A DNA stretch of 63,311 bases from Octopus bimaculoides (Eukaryota), in NCBI RefSeq assembly GCF_001194135.2, contig NC_068988.1, forward strand, positions 90,164,688 through 90,227,998. The letters are read 5' to 3'. Shown here piece by piece: positions 49,246 through 60,584 of the stretch. Every line of letters begins with the position of its first letter. Position 1 is the first letter of the stretch. The position numbers were made by a program, and so were the translations under genes. A model generated the notes under the pieces. It searched no databases, was not told where the DNA came from, and saw nothing but the letters and a program-made list of their open reading frames with translations.

Positions 49246-49271
49246 CTGTTATGTGTAGACGCACATGAGTA
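49246..49271 (-). CDS. Candidate 26-nt microexon (unverified), THVRLHIT
   Basis: Acceptor ccgtctcattttatctctgtag, donor CAG|gtaatt. Confidence 0.2.
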
Positions 49272-49523
49272 CTACAGAGATAAAATGAGACGGTCAGAAA
49301 GTTCTAATTAAAGAGGAGCTACAATATTTGTATCGAATACATAATGCATGGAATTTACACATCTGACATTTGCTGCAGCAATTAACCAGGCAAATCTTGG
49401 CAGATGTTTAAGAGCCTGGTAGAGCAGGTGAAACTACTTGCTACTCATGGTGGTACGAACCTGCAACACGGCAAGTTGCTGGCTGACGTGCTAGACCTGC
49501 GTGCCCCCATACTTTCACACTAT

Positions 49524-49640
49524 CACCTTCATTGTCATCATCATCACTATCATCATCTTCATCATCATCATCATCTTCTTCATCATCATCATCATCATCA
49601 ACATCCATCATCATCATCATCATAATCATCATCATCAACA

Positions 49641-49692
<52 letters not shown>

Positions 49693-49768
49693 ACATCCAT
49701 CATCATCAACATCATCATCCATCATCATCATCGTCATCATCATCATCTTCATCATCATCATCATCTTC

Positions 49769-49801
<33 letters not shown>

Positions 49802-49865
49802 TCCGAAATCATCATCCACATAATCACCATCATCATCATCATCGTAGTCGTCGTCGTCGTCGTCC
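49524..49865. repeat. Degenerate (CAT)n array with higher-order subrepeats
   Basis: Directly visible. Confidence 0.9.
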
Positions 49866-50149
49866 TAGTGAGTCTCACAAAAGAGTCAGGTAAATTAACG
49901 TCTGTAAAAGTAAAAGTTAGAAAGGAAATAGGTTGGTTTGTTAAAACAACTGGTGTGCAACGAAGTGAAACAGATGGGATAAGTAAAGTAATTTTATATA
50001 ACAAACAACAACAACAACAACAACAACTACAGCAGCAGCAACAGAAACAAAAGCTGTGATAACAAAAGTAAAAAAACAGTAACAACAGCAGTAACTGAAA
50101 GAACATCAATATTAGCAGCATCAGCATCTTCAGACACAACAACAGCAAC

Positions 50150-50181
<32 letters not shown>

Positions 50182-50425
50182 CAACAACAATAGCAACAAC
50201 AGAACAGCAGCAGCAACGAGAACTGTAATAGTAACGATAACAGCAACAGCAGCAGCACCACCAATGACTTAGTTAAAGAAACCAGTTCGATTAGCTTGTA
50301 TTAGATTTCAAACTGAACAATTCCAGACCAATTTCCTTCCTGAAAAATCGATCAGGAGTGAAAAGAATATGTCGTGTTTACTATACAATACACACATACA
50401 CATGTATATGTAGCTATATATATAG

Positions 50426-50470
<45 letters not shown>

Positions 50471-50619
50471 CATATACGTATATACACAAATACGTATGTA
50501 TATATATATTTATCGACGTATATATTGATATAGTGAAGGCATCTGGCCTAGTGGTTATAGCTTTGATCTCACGATCACAATATAATCGCTTCAGTTCTTG
50601 AAACAGGTATCGCTTTGCT

Positions 50620-51000
50620 AATATCCCGGACCCAAGTAGTTACACAACGCGTGTCATTTCATGTTGGTCCGATAGGTTCATCTGAATTTGTACATCAGTT
50701 GGATACTGGTTCTATCTTTATTTCGCCCTCAATGCTCTGGTGTATCTTGAGTTGGAAGGCCGAGAGTCCATGCCTCACTATGACTACATTCGAATTCGCC
50801 TTTTGTGCTGGTTGTATTTTCGAATCAAGAAGCTCACAGTCAAACCAGAGAAGATTCTGCATGCTTTCTATCCTCCACAGCAATTTCAACCTTCGTTGCT
50901 AGAATAACTTTATTTGCGAGTTTTCCCTTCAGGACTAACTGCATCTCAATTGCGGTCTTTTATGACGGTGTTTCTCCGTTGCCAGTTCTTCGGTAGTCAT
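50620..51000 (-). mobile_element. Possible RTE-like LINE fragment, very decayed
   Basis: Remnants such as ILATKV and SEAWTL resemble the RTE post-RT region. Confidence 0.3.
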
Positions 51001-52263
51001 TCATTGTCCATCATTTGCACATCGTCAATCTACTTGAGATGACGCTCCATGATCATCGCCGCGATACATGTCATTTCATTTTGTTTTAGTGTATAGGTAT
51101 TTCTGCATTTGATAAAAGACTTTCGTGACGATACTTTCTAAGATTTTTCCAGCAATCTAAAGGGCTGATATTCCCTTACACTTATCGCAGTCCACTTATC
51201 TCAGTCACACCTAGATACGATGTAGATGATGCGATCAGGTAATCAATATTTGCCTACCTTTCACAAATATTCCAGCAACAATGCTGTCTGGCCTTACAGC
51301 TTTGTAATACTTCCTTTTACTAAAAGATATATGAATATTCATGCGATTTGGAGGACCAAACGGAAAATCAAAGGAAATGTAGGATGGTAGTAATATTAGC
51401 TGTAGTTGGGCCATTGAGAAAAGTTAGAAAATGTAATGTCTAACATCTACGGATTAAAGGTTCAACCTTTAAGACTGCTGATCTATTTAATGTCCCAAGT
51501 GACAAGGCAGTAGACGCTGAGTTTCCATAGATGATTCTGATAGCTGCATTAATGTATCTAGTATCATTCTGTTTTCTTTTGTTATTTTATCCGAGTAAAC
51601 TTAAATCTTTGCTGCTTTCGAAATCCACCAATTGCTTCAGATTTTGCAGATTCTGATTTGAACATTGAATTTGATAATTTTATATCTTCTTTTGGCAACT
51701 CGAGATGGTACATAAAAAGCCGAACTTTTTTTTCTGCTTCATGGGTACTGTATTATCAGCATGGTTTTCATAAAACCATTGTTGGAGTGGGTATTTCGGT
51801 ATATCCCAAATTTGGTCAATAACATTCTATGATTGAACCAATATTCTTCACAGATTCTTGTGAGGATGAGTGTAGATTTTAAAGTTCTCCCTGGTCATGC
51901 CTCTCTTAATAAACCTTCCGGTGGGCATCCCCAGTTACTTCTTAGAATAAAGTTTTATTGTCAACCATCTTCTATATCTGAGTCAACTATGGTTTCCCTG
52001 TCAGTTCTGCTTTCTATGGAATGATACTCATCGGAGAGATGATTCAAATATATGTAGGTATATATATATATAGTGACAAACAGACATACATAAACCTTGC
52101 GGGTACATTGATATATACATAAAGTGTAAATGTTAATACACACACACGTGTTTATGTATATATATATATATTACGATAGGAATATAAAGAAAATTGGAAT
52201 AGAGTGTCTAGTAGAACTGTTACAAACTGTTTGCCTCCGTGGCATGGCCACAATAATCAGGAA

Positions 52264-52304
<41 letters not shown>

Positions 52305-52709
52305 NNNNNNNNNNNNNNNNNNNNNNNNNNNNNNNNNNNNNNNNNNNNNNNNNNNNNNNNNNNNNNNNNNNNNNNNNNNNNNNNNNNNNNNNNNNNNNNN
52401 NNNNNNNNNNNNNNNNNNNNNNNNNNNNNNNNNNNNNNNNNNNNNNNNNNNNNNNNNNNNNNNNNNNNNNNNNNNNNNNNNNNNNNNNNNNNNNNNNNNN
52501 NNNNNNNNNNNNNNNNNNNNNNNNNNNNNNNNNNNNNNNNNNNNNNNNNNNNNNNNNNNNNNNNNNNNNNNNNNNNNNNNNNNNNNNNNNNNNNNNNNNN
52601 NNNNNNNNNNNNNNNNNNNNNNNNNNNNNNNNNNNNNNNNNNNNNNNNNNNNNNNNNNNNNNNNNNNNNNNNNNNNNNNNNNNNNNNNNNNNNNNNNNNN
52701 NNNNNNNNN

Positions 52710-52755
<46 letters not shown>

Positions 52756-53600
52756 CCATGTGTGTATGCATGTATGTATATATACACATACACAGAATCA
52801 TGTATGTACGCGCAACTTCATATTTTCTAGTGTGTTTATGCTATTTAAATATATTAGGAATATAACAGCAACTATACAGTATGTAATACGTGAGCGGCTC
52901 AGCTGATTTCTTTCGATTAATAACGTTTTGAATGTGCGAAATAATATTAGAAATTTTCAAGGAAGTGACTTCTACACAATTATTTTCTTTGCTAAAAATA
53001 GAAGCCAAATTCCATGCAAACAACTTTACTTCTTAAGAAAACATACCGTAGAGATATATGGAACAATGTAGTCGTCGACATTGAAATATAAGCAATACTT
53101 TCCATGACATATCTTTTCCAGAAAAAGATGATGAGAATTGAATCAAAAACACAAAGAATCATGAATAAAGCCGAAATATATTTATTGCGAAATTAATGCG
53201 AATCTGTAACCAATTTCCGTTTTTCATGATATTTCTAACGTAAAACATTCCTATGTCGCTTTGTTGAAGAATTAATTGACCAAAGTCAATAATTATAGAG
53301 TTTGGCGCATCAACGAACGGAAGTAGTGATAAGCGAGTTTGATTGACCCTAAACGCCAAATTGATTTGGCTCCATTCTTAAGACGTGACATACTTCCAGG
53401 AACTCCCTATGTCTTTAGAAATAATTGCCATTGATTTTCTGCAAGATTGGCAATGGCACTGATTTTTACCAAAATATTTAAGAATTCTTACAAGATTCTT
53501 TCTATCGTCGTATCTCCTTGTCTATCGGTCACTTTCTTTAGTGGTCGTTTATCAATATTTATCAATATCGCATCCATCTCTCTGTTTTCTTCTGTATATT

Positions 53601-53638
<38 letters not shown>

Positions 53639-53699
53639 TTTTATGTATGCATATATATTTCGAGAAACAGAGAGAGGAAGAGAGAGAGAAAAAGAAAGT

Positions 53700-53855
53700 T
53701 GGCAGAAAAGTTAGCACGTCGAGCCAAATATTTACTGGTGTTCGTCCTACTTTATGTGCTTGGTTGAAGTTCCGCCGAGGTCAACTTTTATCATTTCGGG
53801 ATCCTTAAAATAAATACCATTTGAGCTCTAGGCTCGATGTAGTCGACTTATCTCT
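53700..53855 (+). mobile_element. Family A SINE, degenerate
   Basis: GGCAGAAAAGTTAGCACG..TTCCGCCGAGGTCAACTTT..TCGATGTAGTCGACTTA. Confidence 0.55.
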
Positions 53856-54582
53856 TTTCCTAATCTAGCTGAGGCTGCACCAAAATTCTCTATATAATCG
53901 TATAAATTCTATTTAACACATCGTTCATGTACAGTGAGACGCGGGAGAAACTTTTGCTGCGGAATTCCGCTCATAGCCATTATGTGGAAAATGTATTGAG
54001 CTATGAATTACAATATCAGATCTCAGGACTTATACATTTCTGCGTCCGGCGCATCGTCAGCTACGAAGCCAAAGTCGTTTTTAGAGCACCATAATAACGA
54101 TAGTTCTCATTTATTAGTGAAATACATAGAACGGTTTTATATACTTCAAGCTGCTTTGTGAAATTCTAGTTATTTAATTCCAGTTTAACCAATCGTTTTT
54201 GCAAAATGCATCGCTGAAAAAAATATTTGCATATTTAAAAATTTGTTTAATATGTTCGTGTACACTTGAACTTGAGCGGGCCAATTGCTTCAGAAGTAAT
54301 CTCGGGAGACTATATATATATGAAACCTATGGTTTGCATCAGGCCATCAACAACTCATTCTGTATTCATGATTAATGATGCGTAACAAATCAGAAACGCA
54401 TGCATGTCCTTATATCCTGATGTCATTCACATCTGTTATGAATACGTAATACTCGTTAATGCTAAGGTCTTAGTATATAAAATAAGTAGAAGTTTTGTAT
54501 TGCATCTTATCATTCTATGCCCAAAGTGGTCATTGAAATCAGTCATTAGTGTCACATTATATCTTCTATTATATTGGACATT

Positions 54583-54788
54583 CCAGGCGGCGAGCTGGCA
54601 GAAGCGTTAGCACGCCGGGGTATTTCTTCTGCATTTACGTTCCGTTCTGAGTTCAAATTCAGCTGAGACCGACTTTACCTCTCATCATTTCGGGGTCGAT
54701 AAACTAAATACCAGTTGCGTACTGCAGTCGATCAAATCGACTGGCCGCCTCCCAAAAACTTTCGGGCCTTGTGCCTAGAGTAGAAAAG
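54583..54788 (+). mobile_element. Full-length family A SINE with perfect 15-bp target-site duplication
   Basis: ATTATATTGGACATT at 54568-54582 and 54789-54803; A-box-like TGGCAGAAGCGTTAG and B-box GAGTTCAAATTC. Confidence 0.9.
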
Positions 54789-54944
54789 ATTATATTGGAC
54801 ATTTTAATTCGTGATTACCTGCATTCAGGAAGAGATAGTAAGTAGCCTGATTCGATGGCAATTCTCATATTCATTATCCGCCACTAATGTTTGCTCTAAT
54901 CAGACCAAAATGTAGATGTCTCTATTAAGAAAATAATTTATGGC

Positions 54945-55050
54945 TCGCGTCTCTTGCCTGCTAGTTTCCCATTCCAAAAGAATGTGTACTCCTCGTCCAC
55001 GATTCTGCCATATTCTGGTGGCTGGCCTCTCAGAGAGCACTTTTTGATGC
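54945..55050 (-). mobile_element. Possible RTE endonuclease fragment
   Basis: EYGRIVDEEYTFFWNGKLAGKRR resembles the RTE AP-endonuclease YTFFW.G motif. Confidence 0.3.
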
Positions 55051-55600
55051 TGAACATTTTCAACTCGAATGTAGTGTGACTGACAAATCAGTCAACCCTC
55101 TGCCTAGCGATTTCCAAAATTCCATAGAACCATATATAACTCATTTCAATCATCCTAGTAATGGTCTTGCTTATGTGTCTGCTCCTGATTGGAGTTGAGG
55201 AAAGAGAGATCTTTGGTAACTTGACCATTGATCGATCTGGAGTGCTCGTGCCTTATTGATATTATTGCATCGAGCTACTTGCATAAGTCTCACTGTGGTG
55301 ATAACTTTTGTACTTACTAGTAACACTCTCGCGTTGAGCTGTACTATATACAGCAGACTAATACATCATATTTAATACCGAATTACAGCAGTTGTGAATC
55401 AGTAGACTTCTACAGTGTGAGACATCTCTATCCATTTAAACGAATTTACGTAATCGTTAACCAATGTCCTTTGACAGCGAAGTTCATTCAGTCATTTTGA
55501 TAGGTTTTGCGTTTCATTCGGTAGGGTTTCCAACCGTTTTAATCACCTACATGCCCGACTATGCACATATTTTAATGTATTACATAATTACTGCTCTCTG

Positions 55601-55643
<43 letters not shown>

Positions 55644-55810
55644 GTGAATGCATTTCTGTGAATTTGTAGTTGTATATGTATGTCTTAATGTCTGTGTATA
55701 TAATACACACGCACGAACACATGCATACGAGTATAGAAACACATAACAATGTTTCTGATGAAACATTATTAGCTTTAGAATTTCGATCAACATAATCATC
55801 ATCAATGCCA

Positions 55811-55811
55811 A

Positions 55812-55885
<74 letters not shown>
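55811..55885. repeat. (ATT)n microsatellite
   Basis: Directly visible. Confidence 0.95.
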
Positions 55886-55886
<1 letters not shown>

Positions 55887-56009
55887 TGTAATTACCTTCG
55901 TCGTTATCTTGTAACATAACAATATTAATACGGGTAATTAGGCACAACTAAACATGAATAGCACATGCGTAAGTTAATTTTATTGTTTCCGCACATCTTT
56001 ACCACTTAC

Positions 56010-56103
56010 AAACCGAATTCTATATCTATGGCACCAACAGCCAAATTCTTACCAGAATACCAGACACTATTCAGCACGAAACAATGAAGATATTTTGGCA
56101 GCT
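56010..56103 (-). CDS. Candidate exon with two possible donors (unverified), LPKYLHCFVLNSVWYS(GKNLAVGAIDIEFG)
   Basis: Very strong acceptor ggatttcttcatttcctttcag; donors CTG|gtaaga (exon end 56053) and TTT|gtaagt (exon end 56010); single open frame. Confidence 0.3.
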
Positions 56104-56494
56104 CTGAAAGGAAATGAAGAAATCCTGGGCTTTATGATATGGTCAAGTGTTCTTCAATATCATTCTAATGTTCTTTCTGGCTTTCGTTCTAATTATTTTT
56201 CTCTGATTTTGTTTTTACTTAATTCGAATTTGGTTTATTCTTTTATATCATTTCTTTCTTATTTTCCCGGCAATTCTTTTATGTTGTCAGTATAATAAAT
56301 AATGCTTTAGAAACAATCGCATATCGTAAGAAACTTCTATCCATTATTTCTACTAATGCGTGAGCACACGCACAGGTACATGTACACACATCACATACAT
56401 ACACACACATATATGCATTTTCACATACATAAGTGCATTTTCAAACCTTCTTTCATATATATTTCCACTCGTACGGTATTCCACAACTTTACTT

Positions 56495-56535
<41 letters not shown>

Positions 56536-56556
56536 TGAAACACACACACACACATG

Positions 56557-56630
56557 TTGGGTTGGCCAAAAAGTCTTGTCGGTTTCTGTCGACACTAAAT
56601 TTCAATGACTGTAATAAGTATCTAACTGCA
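56557..56630 (+). mobile_element. Solo mariner-type terminus
   Basis: TTGGGTTGGCCAAAAAGTC, closely similar to the TIR at 39178. Confidence 0.5.
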
Positions 56631-56669
56631 GTCTGCTTCTTGTGCATTGGCACTTACCGTTTTACTCTC

Positions 56670-56967
56670 TTACTCTTTTACTTGTTTCAGTCATTTGAGT
56701 GCGGCGATGCTGGAGCACCGCCTTTAGTCGAGCAGGTCGACCCCAGGACTTATTCTTAGTAAGCTTGGTACTTTTTCTATCGGTCTATTTTGCCGAACCG
56801 ATAAGTTACAGGGACGTAAACACGCCAGCATCGGTTGTCAAGCAATGGTGGGGGGCAAACAAAGATACACAACAGTAATGACTATAATAGAAGACGGGTT
56901 TCCGGCTGAACTCCGAACCATGTGGTTGGGAAGCAAGCTTCTTACGACACAGCCACACCTGCACCTA
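56670..56967 (-). mobile_element. Family B SINE with internal deletion
   Basis: Young-looking 3' body (56670-56860) joined to head GAACCATGTGGTTGGGAAGCAAGCTTCTTAC..CAGCCACACCTGCACC. Confidence 0.8.
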
Positions 56968-57406
56968 TTCCAAACACATATACGCATATATATCCATACA
57001 TATATATACACACGTACATAAATATATACATATATACATGAGTGCGTATGTCTGTGTGTGTATAAGCCGAAAGTTTGTAGTTATGATGGATGATGTTCAA
57101 CGGAATTTGACCTAATCAATTTGTAAATTCAATTAAAATCTACAATTCCATTCCCAATTTCTGAAATTCGTTTATAAAAGTGTAATTAGTTCAAAGGAAA
57201 TTGCTTAAACTTGAAAGTACAGAAGATTCCATAGGTATTTAATGAATCCAGATAGATGTTTACTTGCTAATTATATTAGCTAGAAGGTAGAAAAAGCATT
57301 TATCTTCCAGCTTTGTTGGTTTACCATTTGAAAAAAATTTGCAACTGCCTACAGATTATTGCAAATATATGTCTATATCTATGTATCTAATACATGTGTG
57401 TGTTTG

Positions 57407-57439
<33 letters not shown>

Positions 57440-57564
57440 TTGTGTGCGTGCGTGTGTGTTTGCATGTGTGTGCGTGTGCGCGTGTGTGTGTGTGTGTGTG
57501 TGTGTGTGCTTGTGTGTGTGTGTGTGTGTGATATGTTTATACTATTCCTATTTTATAAACATTC

Positions 57565-58240
57565 ATGCATCATATTGGCCCCGACGTCATGGAGTTTGTC
57601 AGCTCCTTCATCTACCTGAGGTCCACAGTCACCAACAACGAAGACGTCACGCAGGAGATCCACCGCAGATGTGGTCTGGCCGCCGGAGGTCATCTACACC
57701 CTATGAAATCTCGTTTGGCGCTATTGCTCTCGAAAGACGAATATCCGTATCTACGACGCATCAGGACTCTCTGAGACAGAAACGTGGCTTTTCTCGAAGA
57801 ACCTAGCAGAGAGGATCAACCGCTTCAATAGTAGAGCCCCGAAAACCATCGAGAAAATCAGATGGTACTATCACGTCCCCAACAACGAACTACATGCGTG
57901 TACACATCAGCCAGCAGCCTCCCACCTCATAGCTGTCCGTTGCATGCACTGGTACAGACATGGATTCCATCTCCCTGCTAGATCATCCTACCAGGGCCTT
58001 ACTCTCATATGGCGCAGCAGCTGCGGGCTGGAAGAGGCCTAGTGCCAAGCCCCTCAGTAGATAGCTGGAGGTCACTGAGAAATATTTCCGGAGACACGAC
58101 GTCACATGGCAGGATGAGGAGATACTAGTACGGGATCGCCAGTGATGAAGAGCAATGGTGGACCTAATCAGCTCTACGCAGGATGACGCCTCTGGAGCGG
58201 ATAACCAGGGACATCCCCAGCCTCAGAAAGCAAGAGTATA
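57565..58240 (+). mobile_element. RTE-clade LINE 3' end, decayed
   Basis: EFVSSFIYLRSTVTNNEDVTQEIHRRCGLA..ETW..WY.H..GWKRP..RDRQ..RAMV, typical of the RTE ORF C-terminus; frameshifted. Confidence 0.8.
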
Positions 58241-58930
58241 AAGAAAGAAGCTAGAAAGAAGCAACCAAACGTATTATAAGCTATACAACTCAAGTGAAGT
58301 TAAGAGACGAGTAAGAGAAAAGAAATTTATGGAGATATCCAAACCTGTTCTATATATATATATATATATATACAGGGATTAGCATTGAGTTGCTTCTCCA
58401 ACATACTGAAAATTTAGAATGTAGTTTAGAATCAGTAGTTCTTTGACTGCTATTTNNNNNNNNNNNNNNNNNNNNNNNNNNNNNNNNNNNNNNNNNNNNN
58501 NNNNNNNNNNNNNNNNNNNNNNNNNNNNNNNNNNNNNNNNNNNNNNNNNNNNNNNNNNNNNNNNNNNNNNNNNNNNNNNNNNNNNNNNNNNNNNNNNNNN
58601 NNNNNNNNNNNNNNNNNNNNNNNNNNNNNNNNNNNNNNNNNNNNNNNNNNNNNNNNNNNNNNNNNNNNNNNNNNNNNNNNNNNNNNNNNNNNNNNNNNNN
58701 NNNNNNNNNNNNNNNNNNNNNNNNNNNNNNNNNNNNNNNNNNNNNNNNNNNNNNNNNNNNNNNNNNNNNNNNNNNNNNNNNNNNNNNNNNNNNNNNNNNN
58801 NNNNNNNNNNNNNNNNNNNNNNNNNNNNNNNNNNNNNNNNNNNNNNNNNNNNNNNNATATATGATATACTTTTCGTAATGAGATAAAAAAACCAAGGCTG
58901 TGTATAATATAGAACATTTATAAATCGAAT

Positions 58931-58978
58931 GTCTTACAGCTGTTTCCAGGATATTGATTATATCCCTTCATTGGAGAG
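58931..58978 (-). ncRNA. Minimal hammerhead motif, core mutated (CCAATGA)
   Basis: CTCT-CCAATGA-AG GGATA taatcaa TATCC TG-GAAA-C AGCT G-TA^-AGAC; palindromic AGCT loop, GUA triplet. Confidence 0.45.
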
Positions 58979-59338
58979 GGTATGAGAGGATAATTAAGCA
59001 ATAGTTAGTCTAGTTAAGATAGAAAATATTGAGTGAATGTTGGGATATTGTATTTATAAATATATTTTTTAGGCAGAATGGTATACATATAAGATTCTAG
59101 TACCTTGTGAGTAAAGTCCAATTGTTTTTATGATTGGTCGTTGGCTTTGTACATCCATTATTAAGATTCCAGTACTCTATGAGTAAAGCCCAACAGTCTT
59201 TGAAATTAGTCATTCCACATGCAGTGTTTATACACAGTGTTATTGAATCAAGGGTTCTGTTTAAAGTGACCTAAATGCAGGAAATGTATTAATAGGGTCA
59301 AGTCGAAGACAAGAAGCGAGAAATAAAGAAGAGGCAAA

Positions 59339-59532
59339 AAGGAAGGTAGGAAGAAGTGGAAGAAGAGGGGGGAAGAAAATAAAAGGGATACAGAGATAGA
59401 GATAGGGGAAAGTGAACCATAAGTGAGCCATAATGATCAGTGAATATTATTCACTCACCATTCTGGTTCACATCCCCTTATCTCTATCGCTGTATTCCTT
59501 TTATTATTTTCTTCCTTCTCCCTACCTTCCTT
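59339..59532. repeat. Imperfect inverted repeat (purine arm 59339-59419, pyrimidine arm 59464-59532)
   Basis: Arms align over ~65 nt with few mismatches plus one 15-nt indel; 44-nt spacer. Confidence 0.85.
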
Positions 59533-60363
59533 GCACACATACATACATACATACATACATACATACATACATACATCATACATACAGATATACAGACAGA
59601 CAGATAGGAATTTGATGATCGGGACGAGATTGTGATTAAAAACTCTTTGTTATTGTGATAATTGTCCCGAATGCAAAATTTCACGCTTATGTCCCTGTGC
59701 GTACATAGTCCCGCATGATATCTACTTTAAATTTCTGATATATATTTCATGGAAGAAATTATTCTTCAATCAAAGTGGAGCCAAATATTTTTAAACCACT
59801 TCTTCAGTATAAAATGAATCATTTACAAAACGTGTCAGTAATAACGACAATTTTCTCACATTACAAGATATTGTCCAAAGAAATCAGTTGACACGCACAA
59901 TGCAAAAATGTTCTCGACATCTAACACGCTTGGTTTTTCACAAATATAAGCGAAATTCGATTTAAAATCGATCGTTAGTGCATACTAATCTGGTTGTCTT
60001 TTTAAACAAGACACTGGTATAAAATTGAGCAATTTATATCAACAATATAAAGCAAATTCATGAGATGTGCTTCAGCAAAACAGTTCAATATCAGTAAGAG
60101 AAAAAACGCAGAAAACTGAGAGGTCTTGTGAGTCGGATAATAAATGTCTCAAATCGCTTAAACGGATAAGTGACAATGGAAAATCCCGCCTTAAAAGGAC
60201 TTCTAAAAATTGATGACAAAATCAAAAACTTTCATGGAAGCGACAGAGATAACAACTGTCGAGAATTTATGAAAGTAAACTCTAGTTTATTTCACACAAT
60301 TCTATATAAAAGTGATGAGGAATTATGTACATTATTTACATTATTTGTCCTCATCTTCTTTGG

Positions 60364-60416
60364 TTTTAACACAACGTTTCGATTGATATACCTTCCAGCC
60401 TTCATCAGATGGTTAA
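60364..60416 (-). ncRNA. Minimal hammerhead motif, core intact, helix II degenerate
   Basis: TAACCAT-CTGATGA-A GGCTG gaaggtatat CAATC-GAA-ACGT-T^-GTGTTA; loopless palindromic helix III (ACGT), GUU triplet. Confidence 0.5.
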
Positions 60417-60469
60417 CAGCGCGAGCTACTAACTCCAGGACACTGAATTCGATTCCAAGCAGTGACCTG

Positions 60470-60584
<115 letters not shown>

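Noticed and set aside
49404-50199. His-, Ser-, Ile- or Met-rich ORFs suggesting a histidine-rich structural protein
   Set aside because: Pure (CAT)n degeneracy with frame-shifting insertions; no GHG-type motifs or signal peptide; all frames open by composition.
59453-59470. Strong minus-strand donor ATG|gtgagt as a first coding exon
   Set aside because: It lies in the inverted repeat, and its phase-0 join to the 56103 candidate hits a stop after 10 codons.
60170-60350. ORF MTMENPALKGLLKIDDKIKNF..
   Set aside because: No recognisable motif or splice support; its length is inflated by running through a hammerhead-bearing terminus and a microsatellite.
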